The position numbers were made by a program, and so were the translations under genes. From assembly GCA_040386535.1 (NCBI GenBank), contig JAZKFH010000010.1, positions 32,001 to 96,000 on the forward strand: 64,000 nucleotides of DNA, written 5' to 3'. Below are positions 58,628-64,000 of the stretch, in pieces. Under the pieces are notes generated by a model. The model was not told where the DNA came from and did no database searches. It worked only from the letters and a program-made list of their open reading frames with translations. Source of the stretch: Myxococcota bacterium (GTDB taxonomy: Bacteria > Myxococcota_A > UBA796 > SXON01). How positions within the stretch are numbered: position 1 is the first letter of the stretch; each line of letters opens with the position of its first letter.

Positions 58628-60406
58628 ATGGGGGAGACGTCGATCGGAGGGAGCGCCGCACGCGCGGCCATCATCGCAGGTTGGCTCTGGGGGATGCTCG
58701 CGAGCGGGTGCGTCCACAACACACGCGTGGAGGCCCCGGTCCAGCCGTGTGCGGCGGGCGACGCGGCGGCCTGCTACCAACGCGGCGCGGAGGTGCGCGC
58801 CGAGGGCCGTGTCACCGAGGCCGACGAGCTCGTGCGGCTCGCGTGCGCCGCCGGCCACACCCCCGCCTGCGGGGAGCTCGGCCGCGCGGCCTACACGGGG
58901 GGCCGGAGCTCCGAGAGCGATCGGCACGCGTTCCCGCTGCTGAAGCTCGCCTGTGAGGGCGAGGATCCCCAGTCGTGCATGCACCTCGGCCTGTCCTACG
59001 AGTTCGGAGCCGGGGTGACGCAAGACCTGGAGCGCGCCGCGGCCGCCTATACCCGCGGCTGCGACCAGCAAGATGCCGAGTCCTGTGGCTGCCTCGGTGT
59101 GCTCTACCGGGGGGGCTCGGGCGTGGAGATGGATCTCACGCGGTCCTTCGAGCTCATCCGCGGGGCCTGCCGCGCGGTGGACGACATCTCGTGCATGGAG
59201 CTCGGTGTCTCCTACGAGTTCGGCCTCGGGGTGGATGCCGACCTGGTGCGGGCGCGCGAGTTGTACCGCGCCGGTTGTGACGCGGACACGCCGAGCGCGT
59301 GCATCGAGCTGGCGAACTCGCTGGAGCGCCTGCCCGGAGCGGGAGCGGACCCCAACGAGATCCCGGACCTGTTGTTCCAGGCCTGCACAGCCCCCAGCGC
59401 GAAGGGGTGCGTCGAGCTCGGGGCATGGCACGAGCGGCTCGGCCTGGCCTCCTCCGCCCGAGCGGCGATGCGGGCCTACGAACGTGCGTGCACCCTGAAG
59501 TCGGCCGACGGATGTTGGCACCTCGGCCTGCTCGCGGCCGCCCAGCCCGACGCGGAGCCGGCGATCGTGGGGACGGCCTACGAGCGCGCCTGCGACCTCG
59601 GGTCGGCCGTCGGCTGCAACAACGCCGCCGTCCAGTACGACAAGGCGGGCCGTGATGCCGCGGTGGTGGAGGGGCTCATGCAGCGAGCGTGCGACGGGGG
59701 CGACCCCTACGGCTGCCGCAACCTGGCAAACCGGCGGAGGATGCCGGCCGGAGAGGGGGCTCCCGACCTGGCCGGCGCCGTGGTGTTGCTCACCCGCGGC
59801 TGCGAGGAGCTCGACGACGCGCTCTCCTGCGCGGCGCTCGGGGAGGTGCTGATCGAAAGCGACGGCCGCGTACGGGACCTCGTGCGCGGCATCGCGCTGC
59901 TCCGCCAGAGCTGCACCGAGACGGTCCACTGGGGATGCGCCGCCCTGGCAAGGGCGCACGAGGACGGCGTGGGTGTGGACCGCGATCCCGTGGCGGCGGC
60001 CCTCCTGCGCGCGCAATCGTGTCGGGAGCTCGGGTACGACGAGTCGCTGTGCCGGGATGTCCCCTACCGGGCGGAGCGGTTCACCGCCCGGGTCACGCGC
60101 GGCGCGCCGGGGGCGGGTCCGCAGCCGGGTGACACCTGTGAGCTGGTCCTCTCCGGCCTGCACGAGGGCCCCCTCTGCCGCGGCTTCTTCGCCTGCGGCG
60201 GCGTCGGCCTGTACGGCTCGGAGGCCGGCCCCTCCTGGATCGTGTGCGACGTCGACGCGGACGGGCGGCTGGTCCGGATGCTGGACGAACACGAGGGCGA
60301 TGGCGATGGAAGGATCGACGTCGACGTCGGCGCGGGGCGCATCCGGCACGAGGCCGACGGGCAGGTCCTGGAGCTCACCATCTCGGGCCGGAAATCCGGG
60401 CCCTGA
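58628..60406 (+). CDS. Cys-rich Sel1-like repeat lipoprotein
   Basis: Lipobox ASGC. Repeated AC.....C..LG..Y..G.GV..D..RA motifs. Confidence 0.88.
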   Translation: MGETSIGGSAARAAIIAGWLWGMLASGCVHNTRVEAPVQPCAAGDAAACYQRGAEVRAEGRVTEADELVRLACAAGHTPACGELGRAAYTGGRSSESDRHAFPLLKLACEGEDPQSCMHLGLSYEFGAGVTQDLERAAAAYTRGCDQQDAESCGCLGVLYRGGSGVEMDLTRSFELIRGACRAVDDISCMELGVSYEFGLGVDADLVRARELYRAGCDADTPSACIELANSLERLPGAGADPNEIPDLLFQACTAPSAKGCVELGAWHERLGLASSARAAMRAYERACTLKSADGCWHLGLLAAAQPDAEPAIVGTAYERACDLGSAVGCNNAAVQYDKAGRDAAVVEGLMQRACDGGDPYGCRNLANRRRMPAGEGAPDLAGAVVLLTRGCEELDDALSCAALGEVLIESDGRVRDLVRGIALLRQSCTETVHWGCAALARAHEDGVGVDRDPVAAALLRAQSCRELGYDESLCRDVPYRAERFTARVTRGAPGAGPQPGDTCELVLSGLHEGPLCRGFFACGGVGLYGSEAGPSWIVCDVDADGRLVRMLDEHEGDGDGRIDVDVGAGRIRHEADGQVLELTISGRKSGP

Positions 60407-60467
60407 CCAAGGCCTCGGTCCGGGCCCCGTGCGTGCAGGGAAAGCGTCGTAGGCGTAGAATGCACGG

Positions 60468-63303
60468 ATGTCCCTGTCGATGCCCCTGCCCGCGCGCGCG
60501 AGCGCCTTCCTCGCGTTGATTTCCCTCTGCTCGACCGAAGCCCACGCGGGCACCACCGAGTGGTCGCTGCCGAGCGGGCTCGTCGTGCTTCACCGTCCCG
60601 ATCCTCGCTTCCCGATCGTCCGCGTGGTGGTGACCGTCGGGGGTGGCACGGCGGATACCGCCCCGGGACAGCGACCGCTCGCCCACCTCGCGGAGCACGT
60701 CGCCTTCCGCGCGGGCCTCGCCGGTGGCCCCGCGTACCAGACCCTCCGCGCCGCGGGATGCGGCGTGAACGGCACCACCCGGCTGGACACCACGGTCTTC
60801 ACGGTGGAGTGCCCGACCGACGCGGCCGCGCTCGCCGTGCGCTTCGCCGTCTCGGTGGCGACACACGACTTCGAGGGCATCAAGGACGACGACGTGCTGG
60901 CCGAGGCCCGCGTGGTGCTCGCCGAGACCACCCAGCGGCTGGACGCAGGTGTGCTGGTGTACGACCAGGCGATGCAAGGCGTGTTCACCGCCGACCACCC
61001 GTACCGGCTCGACGAGCGGGTCCCGGAGGATCTGCTCGCCCTTCGGCGTGCCGACGTGGAGGGGTTCTTCCGCGCCCACTACGTCCCCGCCGAGGTCGTG
61101 ATCGCGGTGGAAGGTGACGTCGACGCGAGCGCGCTCGCGGGGCTCATCGCCCACGCGGCCGGAGACGGCTTTGCCCACCCCCGGCAGCGGCGCGGCGACA
61201 TCGCCGAGTGGCCCGCGGGCGCGATCCCCATCCAGTGGCTCTCCCCCTTCGCCGCCACCTGGTTCCGCGACCCCGACCACCCCGAGCGTGCCCTCGAGAG
61301 CGGCCACCTCCTCCCCAAGGCCGCGCGCACGCCCCCGCCGGTCCCCGAGCCCGACCCCGGGCCGCGCTCGGCGCGCCACAGCGGCACCTGGCCGCAGGTG
61401 CAGGTGGCCTGGTACCTGCCCCCCGCGGACCAGCACAACTGGGTCCACCTGAGCGAGTCGGAGGTGTTCGCGACGGACGCGTTGCGGAAGGTGTTCGCCG
61501 CCGAGGGCGTCATCAGCGGCGAATGCGACGCGTACCTCGGCACGCGCGGCTCCGCGCTGATGTGCACCGCGGAGGTGGAGACCGAGGAACAGATGGCCCC
61601 GGTCGGGTCGGCGCATCGCGAAGGCGTTCCAGCACGAGCTCACGTGGAACGAGGGGAAGCGGCTGATCGCGGCCGACGACGTGGACGCCCGCGCCTGGCG
61701 CGCCGTGGTCCGCCGCGACCAGGTCGGCATCGAGGATCTCGAGGAGCTGAGCGCGTACCGGTTGGCGACCGGCCGCTTCAACCTCGAGGGCGAGCGGATG
61801 AAGGCGCTCGACTCCGGCGGCGGCTCCTCGGGATGGGTGGGGCTCCGGCGCGCGTGGCTCGGACCCGCCCGGGCGGTCACGACGCTGGTGGAGCCGGAAT
61901 CGCGCGCGTCCATGGCCCCCGAGGGCACGTCGGAGGGCGTGAGCGGAGCGGCACAGGCGGTCCGTTGGCCAGCAACCGCGCTCGGACACGTGGCGGCGGA
62001 GCAGGCCGAGGAGAGCGTGCTCCCGAACGGGCTGCGGACGGTCGTCCTCCCGTTGCCGCGCGCGGAGATCGCCGCCTGGCGGCTTGCCGTGCCGTCGCTA
62101 CCGGGGCTGGAGTACCTCGAGCCCGTGGTGGACGCCGCGCTCCGGGCCCCGGACCGCTTCGAGGGAAACGCCCTGTACTACAACTGGGACGTGCGCGACT
62201 ACGGCCTCGCGACGAACCAGAAGGGCACCTGGGAGCCCCGGAACCTGTTGCGTTCCCTCTGGGGGACGGTGGAGTCGCTCCGCGTCGTCGGCGTGCGGCA
62301 GGCGTTCCGCCGCCTGGTGATGAGCGAGGTCTACGCCGGGCGCAGCGCCTACACCTGGATCGAGCGCGCGTGGCGACGCGCGACGCGCGAGGATCCGGAG
62401 CGGGACGGTCTGCCGGAGATCGACGAGGCGATTCGGACGCCCGGCGCGGTAGACGCCTACCTCGCGGCTCGCTACCAACCGGGCCGCGCGACGCTGCTGC
62501 TCACGGGCGCGGTGGACACGGACGCCCGCACGCGGATCGTCGAGGAGCTGGGCGACTGGAGCGCGTCCTCCTCGGCCCCGCCCGCGCTGCGCGTCGCGAA
62601 GCGCCGCGCGCCGACTCCCGAGGCGATCGTGCTCGACCGCGACGGTGCGGGACGGACGGTCTCGGTGACCTGGGCGTGCCCCACCAACGAGGCGGGGACC
62701 ACCGCTCCGGATCCGCTCACCGCCTCGCTCCTCGGCGTGCTCGCCGCCGATCGCCTCTACGACGCGGTGCGGGCGTCGAGCGGGCTCACCTACACCCCGT
62801 GGGCGTGGACCGAGTCGCGCGGGGGTAGCGTCGACCTCTTCCTCAGCGCGGCGACGGAGCTGGGCCGAGAAGCGGAGGTGCTCGCCGCGCTGCGAGCCGT
62901 CGTCGACGACCTGGGCAGCGCGCGCGCGGAGTCGTGGCTGGACGCGGCCCGGCGCCAGGTGACGGCCGACGAGCTGCGTGAGGGCTCGTCCGTCCTCGGG
63001 CTCGCCTGGACGCTGGCCTCCGGCGTTGGGCGTCATGGCTCCCTGTCGGACCTGCGCGCGAGCCGAACGGCGCTGGCCGGTGTGGACGCGCGTCGCGTGG
63101 CCGATCTGGTGCGCACCTGCGGCAAGGCAGGCGTCGCCATCCTGGTGGGCCCCGCCGAGGAGGTCGCGGCCGGCCTCGCCGGGGGTGATCTCCCCGTCCG
63201 GGTGCTCGACTGGCGCGCCGAGCACATGGCCCTCGTGCAGCGCTGGCTCCCCGAGGTGCAGAAGCGCGAGTCGGACTGGCTCGAACGGGCGCGACGGAAG
63301 TGA
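60468..63303 (+). pseudogene. M16 (insulinase-family) zinc peptidase split by a +1 frameshift near 61605
   Basis: LPSGLVV, AHLAEHVAF (HxxEH), NGTT. The second half (frame of ORF 61681) has LPNGLRTV and RLYDAVRASSGLTY. Removing one G of GGG 61605-61607 joins the frames (MAPVGRRIAKAF). Confidence 0.8.
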
Positions 63304-63382
63304 GGGTCTCGCGGGGCTCGGCGCGGTCCCGGCGGCGTTCTAGTCGAGATCGACGACGCAGCACGAGCGCACGGGACAGCCC

Positions 63383-63892
63383 CTACTCGACAAGCGTGGT
63401 CGAGAACGTGGCGTCGAGCGTGGTGCTGTCGCCGAACTCCGAGGTGAGGGTCACGCCCGTCAACCCGACGATGGCCAGGCCGTCCGCATCGACCGACACG
63501 TCTGCGGCGCCGGCGGTGGCGTCGTAGGTACGGCTCACGGACGGGCTGAAGTCTTCGGGCTCCCCGCACAGGCCCTCGTCGAGGCCGCACCCGATCTCGA
63601 AGGCGATATGGAACTGGTCGTCCGGGAGCGTGTAGGTGGCTGCGGCGGCCTCGCCGTGGAGCGCGGCGACGAACTCCGGGGCATCGAGCGTGAGGCGCAG
63701 GATGCCCCGCCCGTCGAGGGCGCGGAGCTGCCAGTTGCATCCGTGCACCTGGTCGAGCGAGGCGGCCCAGTCCTCCTCGAAGGAGGCATCGCCGCCGTCG
63801 CAGACCACGTCGTCGTCGACGAGAACGAAGTCGCGGTCGGGGATTCCGCACGCGACGACCGGGAGGATGGCGAGGGCGGCGAGGCGTGGCAT
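63383..63892 (-). CDS. Hypothetical lipoprotein
   Basis: Start MPRLAALAILPVVAC at 63892, acidic beta-rich body. Confidence 0.75.
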   Translation of the reverse strand: MPRLAALAILPVVACGIPDRDFVLVDDDVVCDGGDASFEEDWAASLDQVHGCNWQLRALDGRGILRLTLDAPEFVAALHGEAAAATYTLPDDQFHIAFEIGCGLDEGLCGEPEDFSPSVSRTYDATAGAADVSVDADGLAIVGLTGVTLTSEFGDSTTLDATFSTTLVE

Positions 63893-63970
63893 GGGCGCTC
63901 CGGCCACGCAAGGTAGCCGAGCGCGTGAACGCCGGCCCTTGCCGCACACGGAAGGCGATCGGGTGCGAAT

Positions 63971-64000
63971 CTACGGGCACGCGTAGGTGAAGGTCATCAC
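63971..64000 (-). CDS. Possible 3' end of a gene running off the window
   Basis: Reverse strand reads ...VMTFTYACP-TAG with high-GC3 codons. Confidence 0.35.
   Translation of the reverse strand: MMTFTYACP

Overview
Very GC-rich bacterial DNA, most likely Myxococcota-like. This assignment is an inference from a MYXO-CTERM-type GCGC...TM...RR tail, an AgmX/TonB-like C-terminal domain and many (Asp-Thr)n lipoproteins. About 45 real genes can be picked out of many shadow ORFs. Main blocks: (1) RND/MFP/TetR/TolC efflux locus (1-3798). (2) A tightly coupled 10-gene multiheme cytochrome operon (3962-15433) with 65 CxxCH + 1 CxxxCH motifs, a candidate porin, a NapC/NirT-like protein and an OmcA/MtrC-like decaheme; it looks like a complete extracellular electron transfer conduit without MtrA/MtrB. 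(3) Regulators, enzymes, monomeric icd and FG-GAP surface proteins. (4) A 3-gene toxin-like/sulfotransferase-glycosyltransferase operon divergent from a 1688-aa exonuclease-RecQ-UvrD double helicase. (5) The best candidate for an undescribed system: a 12-gene translationally coupled operon (43092-55835) with MotA, MotB, a signal-peptide/periplasmic-domain/TM/FliG(M+C)-like fusion, outer-membrane beta-barrel candidates, lipoproteins and a TonB/AgmX-like protein, and no other flagellar genes in the window. This suggests a non-flagellar ion-driven rotary envelope machine. (6) A UvrA-like ABC ATPase, a Sel1-repeat protein and a frameshifted M16 peptidase. No rRNA, tRNA, CRISPR array or transposase was recognised. 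All family assignments come from motif recognition by eye, not from database searches.
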